Assembly: GCA_038496445.1 (NCBI GenBank)
Contig: JALMLS010000516.1
Coordinates: forward strand, 124,001-188,000
Reading direction: 5' to 3'
From: Trichosphaerium sp. ATCC 40318
Lineage: Eukaryota; Protista; Tubulinea
Length of the DNA: 64,000 bases
This document shows, piece after piece, positions 1-13,267 of this stretch. The notes beneath the pieces were generated by a model. The model was not told the origin of the DNA. It did not search any database and saw only the letters and a program-made list of their open reading frames with translations. The position numbers and the translations under genes are program-made. Each line of letters opens with the position of its first letter. Position 1 is the stretch's first letter.

Positions 1-375
1 CTTGAATCCTTTGGACTTGCATCTAAACAAGTAGGTACTTGGTAAGCAGAAAAGAACACAAACTTTTGGAGTTAAAAAGAACGTTTTTTTTCAAAGAATG
101 AAAGTGGCTTTTTGTAAACCGACGTACCCTCCAGCGGCAATGTGACCAAAGTCAAGGGTGACTTTGTCAAGATCACCAGAACCTCCACAAGTCATGACCT
201 CAGAGTGGAAAGGAGAGTCTTCATCAACATCGACATAAGCCAAGCAGTCGGTGATTGGGATTGGGAGCTTATTGGTAAAGTTGACTTTACAACAGTATGT
301 TGTCTTGTCATCGAGGTTTGCTGGTACGGTGTACTCAACTTTAACGCATGCGTCTTCAACACAGATAGAAGTCAT
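1..375 (-). CDS. Hypothetical protein, 5' part; gene runs off the window start
   Basis: ATG at 375 (MTSICVEDACVKVEY...DFGHIAAGG), then a GTACGT donor at about 127 and an intron-like T-rich tract. No family recognised. Confidence 0.55.
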
Positions 376-1630
376 TGTTTTTATGAGTTGTTGTTTGTTG
401 TTTGGGTGGATGGTGAGAAATGAACGCATTTTAAGCAAGATTAAGTCATTACCATGTCACCTTTCTCCGTTTTGAGAGTACTGACAACCACGGAAACTTG
501 TGGTGAGTAGGTGTTTATACATCAAAGGTAAAAGTAAAGGTAAAAACCAAGATAAAATTTGCGTTCGTCCGTTTAATGTTCGTTCAACAATTGTGAGTGT
601 GCTCTTTTGGCTAACGATGAACTAGTCTACTAACAGAATAATAACAAGGCACGTTTTGGTGAAGGGCAAAAAAAAACGTGATAAAGCTCACCAAACTTGC
701 GTAATTCAACTTGTTTCAGGGTTACTGCTATAGGAGAAACCATGTCAATAAGCAAAACGTGGATGACATTTTGTGAGAGCTGACAATAATGTTATGATAA
801 CAGAAATGTTTATTGACTTGCAGTCAATAATCTGCGAATGTCATATTCCTTGCCATGGGACTTGGTTGCAGATCTAGTACATACCTCCACGCCAATACCA
901 TCCTTCTTCCACTACAATTATCTAAGGGTTACAGTACAAAATTTCGTATTGGAATAGTTGTAGACATGAATTATCCACAGTTGAACGCTAAAATCAGTGC
1001 ATTACTATATAAGGCTTTTGACGTTGTTGAGCATGTACTTGTTTGTAAACACAAGGAACTTTTAAACAAATAGTAAGCGCTGCGGTGTACCAGTGCATTT
1101 AGTTCCACTAGCAATTCGTAAGTAATATATTAATACTTGTTTCAACACTATGATGATTCTGGTATACTTTGAACGAAAACAGAAAAGAAAAACGTGGAGT
1201 GCTTGTGGCATGTACAAAGACATTAGGTTGAAGTTCAACTGTCAGCGGAAAAATTGGCGGAAACAGAAACTGTTAAAATCTGAACTTTGACCCTAAATAT
1301 CCGAAAAGTGTAATTTTTGCCCAAAAAAGGTATCTTGGAGTTGGTGTGACGTTTTATGCTGTCATCCTATTTGTGTATTGTTGATCAATGCGTTGCCCAT
1401 TTGAAAATCGCCTGGTGTTCCTGCCAGAACAGTAGTACCAGGCTGTCCAATTGTAAAGAACAATCTTTGGCATTTTCCAGTGGCTCAAATAGCGATGTAT
1501 GACGTTGTGGTGTTCTTTGAATAACAACCGTTGAGTTCGTTGCGTTTGCTGACGAATTCGTTACTTTTTGAGATTCGTTTGACTTTTCCGACTAAAAGTG
1601 GCGTAAGCATAAAAACATTTATAAGAAGCT

Positions 1631-2833
1631 ATGACATCTCTTGTTTACGCATTGCTGCCCTTAGTTGTTCTATTGGGTGTTAATGCCGTTTGTCCTGGAC
1701 AATACTTTGGTACTCCACCTGCAAACCACTCACCAATACCTACAATCGCGCAGTACAATGCTCTTTTGGAGAATATTGACATAAAAGCCATAATGACCGA
1801 TATTACCGCTCTTTTTACTGAATCTCAAGACTGTTGGCCTGCTGATGACTTTGATGGCTTCCAAACTTACGGTCCTTTTTTTATTCGCTTAGCATGGCAT
1901 TGTTCTGGTTCTTTCAGGGACACTGATGGCGCTGGTGGTTGTGGCGGCGGTAGACAACGTTTTGAACCCGAAAGAAGTTGGGACGACAACACTAACTTAG
2001 ACAAGGCTCGTGGTCTTTTATGGCCTATCAAAGACAAGTACGGTGATGCTTTGAGTTGGGGAGACTTATTTACTCTCGCTGGTACAACAGCAATTTACCA
2101 CATGGGCGGCCCAGTTACGCAGTTCTGTGTCGGACGTGTTGATGATTCAAACGGCACTAACAGTCTTCCTCTTGGACCTGGACCTAAAGCTCCTCCTTGC
2201 CCTGTTCAAGGTAACTGTAGCAGACCTTTGGGTACTTCTACAATCGGTTTAATATACGTCAACCCAGAAGGTTTCATGGGACAACCAGATCCAAAAAGAA
2301 GCTCTTTCCAAGTTCGTGATGTATTTTCTCGTATGGGTTTTGATGATAGAGAGACTGTAGCTTTAATCGGAGGTGGACACGCCTTTGGAAAGTCTCATGG
2401 CGCTTGTCCTGCAGGCGCAGGCTTGCCTCCTAAGGACGCTCCTTTAAATCCTTGGCCTGGTTTATGCGGAACAGGTAAAGGAAACGACACCTTCACAAGT
2501 GGTATTGAAGGTGCTTGGACTACTATTCCTTACCATTGGGATAACGAGTATTTTAATCTTATTCTTAATAACGAGTATGTATCACACAAAGGACCTGGTG
2601 ATAAATGGCAGTGGAAGTTAGCGAATAACCCAGAGTCTAAGCTTATGATGATGACAACTGATATTTCTTTGATTTATGATGCTGCTTTTAAGGCTATTGT
2701 AGCTGAGTTTGCAAATGATCAGAGCGCACTTGATAAAGCTTTCGGTGCTGCTTGGGAAAAGTTGATCACTGATGGTGGCACGTGGGCTGAAAATAGTCGC
2801 TGTTTTCAGTTTTCTGATATCTTTGATGAATAA
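1631..2833 (+). CDS. Secreted single-domain catalase-peroxidase-like class I heme peroxidase, intronless
   Basis: Signal peptide; distal RLAWH; GGGRQRFEPERSWDDNTNLDKARGLLWPIKDKYG; GLIYVNPEG (adduct Tyr); FSRMG (adduct Met); proximal GGHAFGKSHG; TFTSGIEGAWT. Only 400 aa, with no KatG C-terminal domain. Confidence 0.92.
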   Translation: MTSLVYALLPLVVLLGVNAVCPGQYFGTPPANHSPIPTIAQYNALLENIDIKAIMTDITALFTESQDCWPADDFDGFQTYGPFFIRLAWHCSGSFRDTDGAGGCGGGRQRFEPERSWDDNTNLDKARGLLWPIKDKYGDALSWGDLFTLAGTTAIYHMGGPVTQFCVGRVDDSNGTNSLPLGPGPKAPPCPVQGNCSRPLGTSTIGLIYVNPEGFMGQPDPKRSSFQVRDVFSRMGFDDRETVALIGGGHAFGKSHGACPAGAGLPPKDAPLNPWPGLCGTGKGNDTFTSGIEGAWTTIPYHWDNEYFNLILNNEYVSHKGPGDKWQWKLANNPESKLMMMTTDISLIYDAAFKAIVAEFANDQSALDKAFGAAWEKLITDGGTWAENSRCFQFSDIFDE

Positions 2834-3809
2834 ACACCAGTTGATTTACTCTTAAAGGTTTGTCTTGTTTTTTTTTGTATGAGCATGTGAGTACCAGTTT
2901 AAATTAATAATTTTAAGATATAGGAATGTTAAGGTTATAGCACGTACGCTGACACTATTGCTAGACCTTTTATTGTCTTAAATTAAAAAGCATAACTCAT
3001 CTGAGAGGGTCCAAACTTTGTTAAAGAACCAGTTTACTTATTCGCTAGCACAAGAGTTGGTTGCAGATGTAATAAGCTACCTAGGACTAAAGTAGAGCTA
3101 CACTTGTGTACAGGGAAACAAATCATTTAAGTAAGACAAGAAGTACAAAGAGCAAAGTGTAAATCACTTACCCTCAAATCCCCACGCGATCGTTGTAGTC
3201 ATTTACATACAACTTTACACCAGGATATATGCTTTTGCATCTCTATGCTTATTTGTTGTAGTAATTGATTCTGTGTCGCCTCGTTGTTGACTAACAGAAA
3301 ATACTAAGCACGTTTTTCCTGTTACAATCAATAGCTTACCATCCATGTACCAAATACTTATTGTTTTCCAGTGTGTCGATCAAGTTTATAAGGGAATTAA
3401 AAAGTAGATAATCCCTTAACCCAATCTTGAACAAACTAAGAAAAAAGTAAGAATCAGAACGTAATTTGTACACCTCAAACAACTAGCGACTCACAATCAG
3501 CCATTTTAGTCTGAGGCACTTTGGCATAATACTGAGGCGCAAAGTCCATTGACTCATCTATTTAGCCTTAACTAGCCTTAGTGTCTAAGTGCAAGTCCAG
3601 GTGAGCTTTTTTACTCAGCTTTTCATTTGTTGTAAAAAATCATTAAAATTTAAATTCTAAAAACATCTCTTTTTCCATTAATTACTTACGCGTGTATGTA
3701 GACTCATAACAACAAAAGCGGAATGTGTATTTTTGTAAAATACTACATTGTAACGTGGAACAAATGCAAATGAACCGTTTATTATCTCGTTGTCTTACAA
3801 CAAAGCACG

Positions 3810-4497
3810 CTATCTCAGAAAATCCATATTACGCTTCCTGCTATTCACTCTATTAACGGGTATGCATGCTCCTGGAACAGCCGGGACGTCTATCACGTAA
3901 CTAAGAGTAGCACTGTTTATGTTTGGCAATTCGATACTTTGAGAAAGATTAGTTTAAAATAATGTTGTTTGGGAGTACGTACGATAATTGATTCGGTGAT
4001 GCAATAACGGGCGGAAGTAGTGGTAGCAGAGGTGAGGATGTCTCTGATACTAGTACTGCGCCTATTGTACATTTGAATAAGATAAAATTGAATCAGATCA
4101 GAAAAACAAAAAAATTGCTGTATGTACCCAAAACGATGGCGCTATCGAACGTGCATTCCATTACAGACATCGCTGAAATACTAATACCTGCTGATATAAT
4201 AGTTACATCAATTTGCGATGCGCTTATATCTATCGTTGCCGTCAGGGTAAATCCAAGAACAGTATCAGTAAATGTAGCTTCAACAGCAGGAGACACGGTA
4301 AAACTTTGGGGACCACCAAAAAAGACACTGCCAGAACTGCTCATAAATCTACATTCGCCTGTATCTCCTAAACCTACAAAGGCATTAGAGTTATAACTAT
4401 AACTTCTCTTCTGTTACGTACTAATTTGCGCAGATATTGTTAATACATTTAATGTACACAGCAAGAACAGCGTGAATGTAATTGTTCTGAGATACAT
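3810..4497 (-). CDS. Small secreted hypothetical protein, about 4 exons
   Basis: MYLRTITFTLFLLCTLNVLTISAQ signal peptide. GTAC-donor introns join ORF 4093-4344 to downstream exons ending ...NMDFLR-TAG. Confidence 0.6.
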
Positions 4498-4887
4498 TGC
4501 TTGTTGTTGTGGTTTACTACTAAAAATCTGATAAAATCACGGGATTATTTTATCCCGCATTGGCACGTGTGTCTGTATGTTTTGTTGCTGTTCTATTTTA
4601 TTCGTTTGTCACTGTTAGCTGGAAGATCACACCACAATTGAACAAACATTAACGGACGAACGCAAAGTATCTTGTACTGCAACTTTATTTCTAGCATGTA
4701 TAAAACACGTATTCACCAGTTTCTGTGGTTCAAGCTTTACGCCAGCGACTTTAACAAAAAACATCCAGTTTCTGCCTGCTCTGTCAGATATGAACGATAT
4801 GACACTTCTTACAGCACATTTTCCAGAAATTTTTTTTGCGAACCACTTGATTCTAAAAACTGTTTCATATTTGACCTAGCGGCGTTT

Positions 4888-5010
4888 ACAAAACCCACAG
4901 CACGGTTGGTAGTATTTTGGGAGGTTTTCATGCTATTATACCTGCTTTGCTGTTTGCGCACTTTTGTTAGCGTGGGTAGGCGCCATTGTCAGTGCTAGTA
5001 AGTTATACAT
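4888..5010 (+). repeat. Repeat family C copy 1; GC-rich end followed by CTAG
   Basis: Diverged inverted match to 5268-5403 (ttttgttagcg-ggtaggcgcca...gctagtaagttatacat; attttgggaggtttt). Confidence 0.8.
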
Positions 5011-5088
5011 ATAAAAACAAAATTTTTTTTACCAAAACAATCCAGCAAACAGTGTTGTTCATACCGTGTTTGCAGTAGCAGCAGAAAC

Positions 5089-5143
5089 ACGTTTTTTTTC
5101 AAAGAATGAAAGTGGCTTTCTGAAACCGACATACCCTCCAGCG
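5089..5143 (-). pseudogene. About 55-bp copy of the exon-end/intron-start junction of the gene at 1-375
   Basis: acgttttttttcaaagaatgaaagtggcttt...aaaccgac-taccctccagcgg matches 81-137. Confidence 0.8.
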
Positions 5144-5267
5144 GTGCAAACCACAATATTTTACCTACACTGTATACGGTACGATCAAATTAGAAATTAA
5201 GTCTTCAATAAGCTAAGTGAACTAAAAACGTTTGATGGAAATTAATTAAAAATCAAGGTACATGTAC

Positions 5268-5403
5268 ATGTATAACTTACTAGCGCTACGCTGGCGCCTA
5301 CCCCGCGCTAACAAAAGCGCTCTACGCAGCATCCAAACATCAAGGCAGGTATAATAAAGGTAAAAACCTCCCAAAATAGTACCAATGTTGCTGCAGGCTT
5401 TGT
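5268..5403 (-). repeat. Repeat family C copy 2, inverted relative to 4888-5010
   Basis: atgtataacttactagcgctacgctggcgcctaccccgcgctaacaaaag...aaaacctcccaaaatagtaccaa. Confidence 0.8.
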
Positions 5404-6017
5404 TTAAAAATTGGTATGGGTTGTTAAATCGGGCGATAAAAAAAGTGGTTTGAATGGTTGATTAGTGACTGGTTTCCAGTACCGCACAATAAACCATTTT
5501 GCGTTAGAAAACTGTTGGCTTTGATATGTTGGAAATCATGTGGAGTGACATTGTCCTAAGTGTTACAAAATCAAAAGCTGCATCACATACACCAGTGAAT
5601 ATTAATGAATGAATATTAATGAATATGGCAGACAGGACAATGAATATGAGTATTGCTTATATTCCTAACAGAAGCGCATTAGTTTGAGGTTCAGATGTCA
5701 ACCTAGCATAACAACCAACGGCTTGTGGCAACTACGCAAATGACTACAAGTTCCCAAAAAAAGTTTTCGATATTGACTGTGACTTTAAATAACAAAGGGT
5801 CTCAGGCTTAATGACCTCAAGCCAAGAGATAGGTTCTCATTCAATTACGTTTTTATCTAACACGAAATTACCAAACAATACAAAATTGTTGCAGGATAAA
5901 TTAGTGTTCTGTACAACAAATAGAATTTCAAATGAATACCAGTAAATCAATACTGAGTACTGTTTTAAACGGAAAGAAGTCGCCACCTTACAACTTGTTT
6001 ATTTATACACATTTTGC

Positions 6018-6293
6018 CTACATTTTGCGTACTACAAGCTTGTACAAACCTTCTTCTCCTTCTGGGACATCTTTTAACGAAAAAGCCCAATCTCTCTTCA
6101 TCTGCCACTCACAGCCTTTCATAAACTTAACACTCATGTAATCTCCATTTATTTCCATCTCTATTATACGTCTCCTTGATTGAGGTATGTCTTTGGTGAA
6201 TTTCAGGGTTGTACCATCTTCAAATTTAAAGAGATCACTTGGTACACTTTTAACAACAAAGGCGTCTCCATATTTAACTGATATACTTGACAT
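6018..6293 (-). CDS. Small intronless hypothetical protein (91 aa)
   Basis: ATG-to-TAG ORF with globular composition, divergent from the F-box gene at 6682. No family recognised. Confidence 0.55.
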   Translation of the reverse strand: MSSISVKYGDAFVVKSVPSDLFKFEDGTTLKFTKDIPQSRRRIIEMEINGDYMSVKFMKGCEWQMKRDWAFSLKDVPEGEEGLYKLVVRKM

Positions 6294-6681
6294 AAAGCTG
6301 GAGTATTAGGTGTGTTGATATTGTTACGTTTTAAGAAATGTACAGGAATTCTATTGACTTCTTCGTGACTGTGCCTCACTATGGAATGTACACGTTGATA
6401 CAGGTTTTTCAAAGAATACGTGCCATGTATTTTGCCACGTTGCAGAGTCACTCAGTCCACAAACACAGCCTTGTCTGGCATACATATAGCTAACAAATAT
6501 ATTGTCTTGCATACGCAGTCTAAGGCACGTACGAACCTATGTTTTTCGAACCTCAGCGTAGCTTGAAAAAATGTAGTTTCAAACTGTTTTTCTTGACATC
6601 TTCTTAAATAAACTTAAAATACTGTATGTCCTACTTAACCATGCACGCGCTGTCGTCTTAACACAAAGGTAACGTGTATAA

Positions 6682-7753
6682 ATGGGAAACAAACAAAACG
6701 GGGGCTTACAACGTGATACCAAGGCTGAAAAGTCGTCTCAAAAATCAGAAGACGCTGTAAACGCTAATATAGCACCTGAAGAGTTTGTTCCACCTAACTA
6801 CACGCACCAAACTTTTTTTCTATCGAAACTAGGCTTTACTCCAGCGTATGCGTCTTTACTGCCAGTCAAACATCTTTTATTTGGATTATAGGCGTTTCTC
6901 TGCACCTGTCGTCAGGTCAAATCCAGAAGGCATTGATTTTATTTCAAAATTACCTGGTGAAGTATCGTTGATTATTCTTGAATATCTTTTTCCTGTACAA
7001 ATATTGCTTAACGTACAACGTGTTTGTAAAAAATGGAATGCCGTGTCATCAGACAACATGTTGTGGAAGAGGATTTATGGCAATTTGTACGTGTAATTGT
7101 TGGGGTAATCACCCTCTAGTACATTAGGATATTGCTAACTTTGGGGGTTTTTTAGGTTTGATACTGTGCCTTTTGCTGCTTTATCTCAATCTCCTATTCA
7201 GTGGAAGAGTGTCTTCAGTCACCAGACCAAAAAAACTTCATTACCGTATGTGTATTAACGCCAAGGATACAATTAATTTAACTGTAGTTATCATCATGCT
7301 CCACAACGTATACATCTCAATAGCGGAATTACAGTAATCCTTTTTTTTCTTTTTTTTTTGTTGATCTTTTGTTAGGTTAAAGTTGATGAGTTTCATTTCG
7401 ATTACACATACAAGAGTATCATCCTTGGACATCCTACTAAAGATTTGAACAGAAGGATTATTGAGGATCTACCTATGCGCTCAAAAAGACTTTTTGCTTA
7501 TGTAGGTAATGTACATGTCATTAAGCCAACAAAGAGTCAGGTTATGATGGTTGATAATTATACATACTATCCTCCAGTTATATGTTCTGTTGTACTTGTC
7601 GGACCTCCAAAAGATCCAAAAATAGACGATGGATCTCATTTGATTGTGACTTTCTTTTGTTTCTATCAGGATCTTGCAGATTATCAAGGATATCTTCATA
7701 AGGTTTTAAAAGACATTCCGTACCTTGAAGAAGCTATTGGTTGGGGATTTTAA
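6682..7753 (+). CDS. F-box protein, spliced, with an uncharacterised C-terminal domain
   Basis: F-box DFISKLPGEVSLIILEYL...VQRVCKKWNAVSSDNMLWKRIY. N-terminal MG (possible myristoylation). Last exon ends EEAIGWGF-TAA. Confidence 0.8.
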
Positions 7754-8358
7754 ATTATAAAACAATTCAAATGCGAGAACAATCATCCTAAGTCTATGTC
7801 CAAATAAAAATGTGGAAGTTCTTTTGTGTGCTTTGGTGCCAGTTCGTATTATTAAAATCTGGCGTATCCTAAAAATGGTCTAGTTTTGCCAACATGAAGC
7901 AGTATGATTCGAGCAGGAAGTTTGAAGTTGTAAGAACGCGGTCACAATTTATGCTACAGCTGTCTTAAAGTCTGGTGTATTTTCGTAAAATGATTTTATA
8001 AATCCCTGCAAAGCTATTGTAAAACCGAGAACGCCACCCAAAGACTCACAAAGTTTTCCAAAAAAAGCGCTCAATCACGTGTAGGTGTCCTATTTTGGAC
8101 AACACTTGAGACGTTCATATACATTTATAAAGCATACAACACAAGGTAGAGTTTCAGTAGTTGTGGGCTAAGATCTTTTTTGCTTTTTCTGCTCACTACA
8201 CTTTTGCCACTGACCTGTATGCTAACAAAATCAAATGTAAGTGTGGCACAAATAACGAATTCGTTGGTGACGTATTCGTTTTGCCTGGTTGCCTTAACAT
8301 ATTATTTTAAACCTCTACTCGTTTGCCATCAACTTTATAGCCAACGTTTTGATTTAAT

Positions 8359-9463
8359 ATGAACGCACGTGAACAACGAACGAAAGAAAGAGGATCATAT
8401 TGCCAAACACTCGAACTAACAGCGCTGCCAGTTGAGGTTATTGTTCATATTCTTAAACAAGGCAGGTATACACTCCGCGCAGCCCAAACGTGCCATATTT
8501 TGCGAGATATAGTTCACAACCACGTTGGTTACGATGATATTATGGTAAGGAACGAAACCGAACTCGCTAGACTTTCAGGAAGCCCTCTGCTTCAAAATAC
8601 TAGAATATCGTTATTTCATGGTAAGAAATCCTTCAACGTCCCTGTTGGTGACAGTCACATGTATTTGCTTTCGGGAGTCCATACCATTGATGTACGGGGT
8701 TCTCAAGCGTTAACAGACAAGGGTATTAAGGCATTATCAGGCGTGAAAAATATTAATCTAACATCGTAAAACAATTACAGATGACGGCATCAAAACATTA
8801 TCGGGTGTGCACGTGATATATTTAGATGGCACAAATGTTACGGACGATGGATTAAAGTCACTAAAAGGCGTACATACTATAGGCTTGTCTCATTGTGATG
8901 GTATAACAGATGAAGGCGTCAAAGTACTCAAAGGCGTGAAAAATATTGATTTATCTGTGACAAGAGTTTCTGATGAATGCTTAAATGAATTGAAAGGCGT
9001 ACATTGTATACACTTAGCTTATTGCGAAAATATAACAGATAAAGGAATCAAGGCATTGAGCGGTGTACATGAAATTAATCTAGCGTATACAGCAGTTGGT
9101 GATGAAGGAATTGAGGCGTTAGTTGGTGTACACACAATTAATCTGCAAGCAGTAAAAGTGACAGGGATAGGATTAAAGGCATTAAAAGGCGTGTATAAAA
9201 TCAACTTAGCTCACACAAATATCACAGATGATTGTTTGAAGTACCTAGCTAGTGCGCGCACAGTCAACATCTCCAGTTGTTCGCAAGTTACAGACTTGGG
9301 TATTGCACAACTTGTTGGAGTGTGTAGCCTTAATATTAATTCATGTCCAAATGTAAAAGGTGAGAGCTTGTGTACACTCATAGGTTTAAAGGAATTGAAG
9401 CCTAGCAGCACTGTAAACGAAGATATCATTAATGATTTGAAAAACAGAGGTGTAAAAGTATAG
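8359..9463 (+). pseudogene. Intronless F-box/LRR gene split by a frameshift at about 8767-8770
   Basis: F-box-like LPVEVIVHIL...AAQTCHILRDIV, then LxGVHxIxLxxCxxITDxG repeats. ORF1 stops at TAA 8767-8769 and the repeat register resumes in the +1 frame at 8771. Confidence 0.8.
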
Positions 9464-9639
9464 ACGCAACACGTGGTATCTAATAAATTAAAAGTAGCTA
9501 AAATATTAATTCGGTATTTTCTTCCACCTTTGGTTCAAAGCAAAGTTGGTATTTTACAGGTTCAATATGACAAAATAAGCTGTACTAATGGACCAAAATA
9601 TAGTAGATGTTGAAAATTGCATTGCTTTATTCGAGTAGT

Positions 9640-11864
<2,225 letters not shown>

Positions 11865-12173
11865 TAGTGAGGTATGATTTGACTCCTTTACCAATTAAGC
11901 CGGTCGCGTGCTTGCCACGCGCCACTAGTATACAACTATCTCTCACTATATGCCACTGTGGCGTGGCTCTGTTTTACCATGCGCAATATTAGCAATACCA
12001 AAACTGTTACAAGTTTTGCTATCCCGTGACTCAATACCTTTATTCTGAGTACTAGATCGTAGATACGAGTGCAACTGGTTTTCCACAAGTTTAGCCATTA
12101 AGGTGCTGCAAGCAGTGTCACTTTCCGGAACGAATAACTTCAGTCTGCCTATCAGCTTTTCTACACTCCTTTG

Positions 12174-13100
12174 ATGTGTAACTTGTTTTTAAGCTCCTGG
12201 AGAGAACATACATGGGTTGAGGTGCCCTGGGTGGCTCACAGCATCGCAGAATCATACAATAAGTAAAAATAGAGCTTTCCTCTTTTTTTCTGATTTAGTG
12301 ACTATCTATTTAACAGATAGACTTAGAGGAAACTTCTCTAACTCTTCTTAGTAACAACAATCATGCGATACAGCGTTTGTACTAAGAAGATTAAAAGGTT
12401 ATTGCGTGATTCAAGATTACCTCTTCCTGAGTAATTACGAAACTTATCTAAAAAAAGAAGTTCTCGTTTAGTTGCACGCTTTTCGATACAAAACTTGTCC
12501 AATGTGGTTTCCACGCGTGTAAATAGCTATCACAGGCCTTTGGGAGCGTTTTGAAATGTGCATTATCCATATTTGAGTAATTAAAATAGATTTTTCAGTG
12601 AACTAACCTTCTAGAAGCTTCTATTAATACCACAATTTATTTTTTCGACAACTTTATGGGTATAAAAAGAAACGAATAAATTCTAGATATCAGATGGAAG
12701 TAGTTCTCCACAGCTAGTTTCGGTTTGACTAACCGAAGCGACTCACATAAACCCCCCTTAAACCTTTCGTAGTGGCTGACGAAAGTAGACACATAATGGT
12801 CAGTCTATAAAACCAACACAAAAATCCAAAAAAAAAAAAAAAAAAAAAAGTAACAAATCTATGAGCGGCTTCCGTGATCTTAAAGTATCGGTGAACATAG
12901 AACTTACTTGGTACCCAAAAAAAAAAAGAGAATTCTCAAAAAAAATAACCAGCGGCCTTACCTAGGAAGTGCATCTGAATGAAAACAAATAAAAATACCG
13001 TGTCCTCACCTAGGGAGGATACTTTTGTTTTTGTTACAAAGAAAATATGTCCCCAACTCGTATTAAGAAGCCCCATACCATTAATGTAGTAACTAAAGGC
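12174..13100 (+). repeat. Dispersed hairpin-rich repeat family A, copy 1
   Basis: 12174-12297 and about 12609-13100 are near-identical to the reverse complement of 38652-38775 and 38052-38545. The middle segments differ. Confidence 0.9.
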
Positions 13101-13267
13101 ACAGCGAACTGTTTTTATGGACGTAAAAGGCACGTGATTATGGCCACAGGGCAAAAATGTTGATTCCAAGCGTATTGAAATCGCACTTGCAAGCAAGAAC
13201 AAATTCTAGTTTTGACAGCCAAATCCGAATATTTCGGCTACAATAAAAAAGACAACATCTCGACCAA

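Noticed and set aside
5596-5625. 14-bp tandem duplication tgaatattaatgaa
   Set aside because: Two AT-rich units only; ordinary slippage, not an array.
12760-12815. Hammerhead ribozyme at CTGACGA in repeat A
   Set aside because: There is no GAAA after the putative stem II in either copy, and the CTGACGA sits in a competing hairpin.
12936-13202. ORFs overlapping repeat A (also 37976-38182 and 38331-38516)
   Set aside because: Reading frames are not conserved between the copies and there are no motifs.
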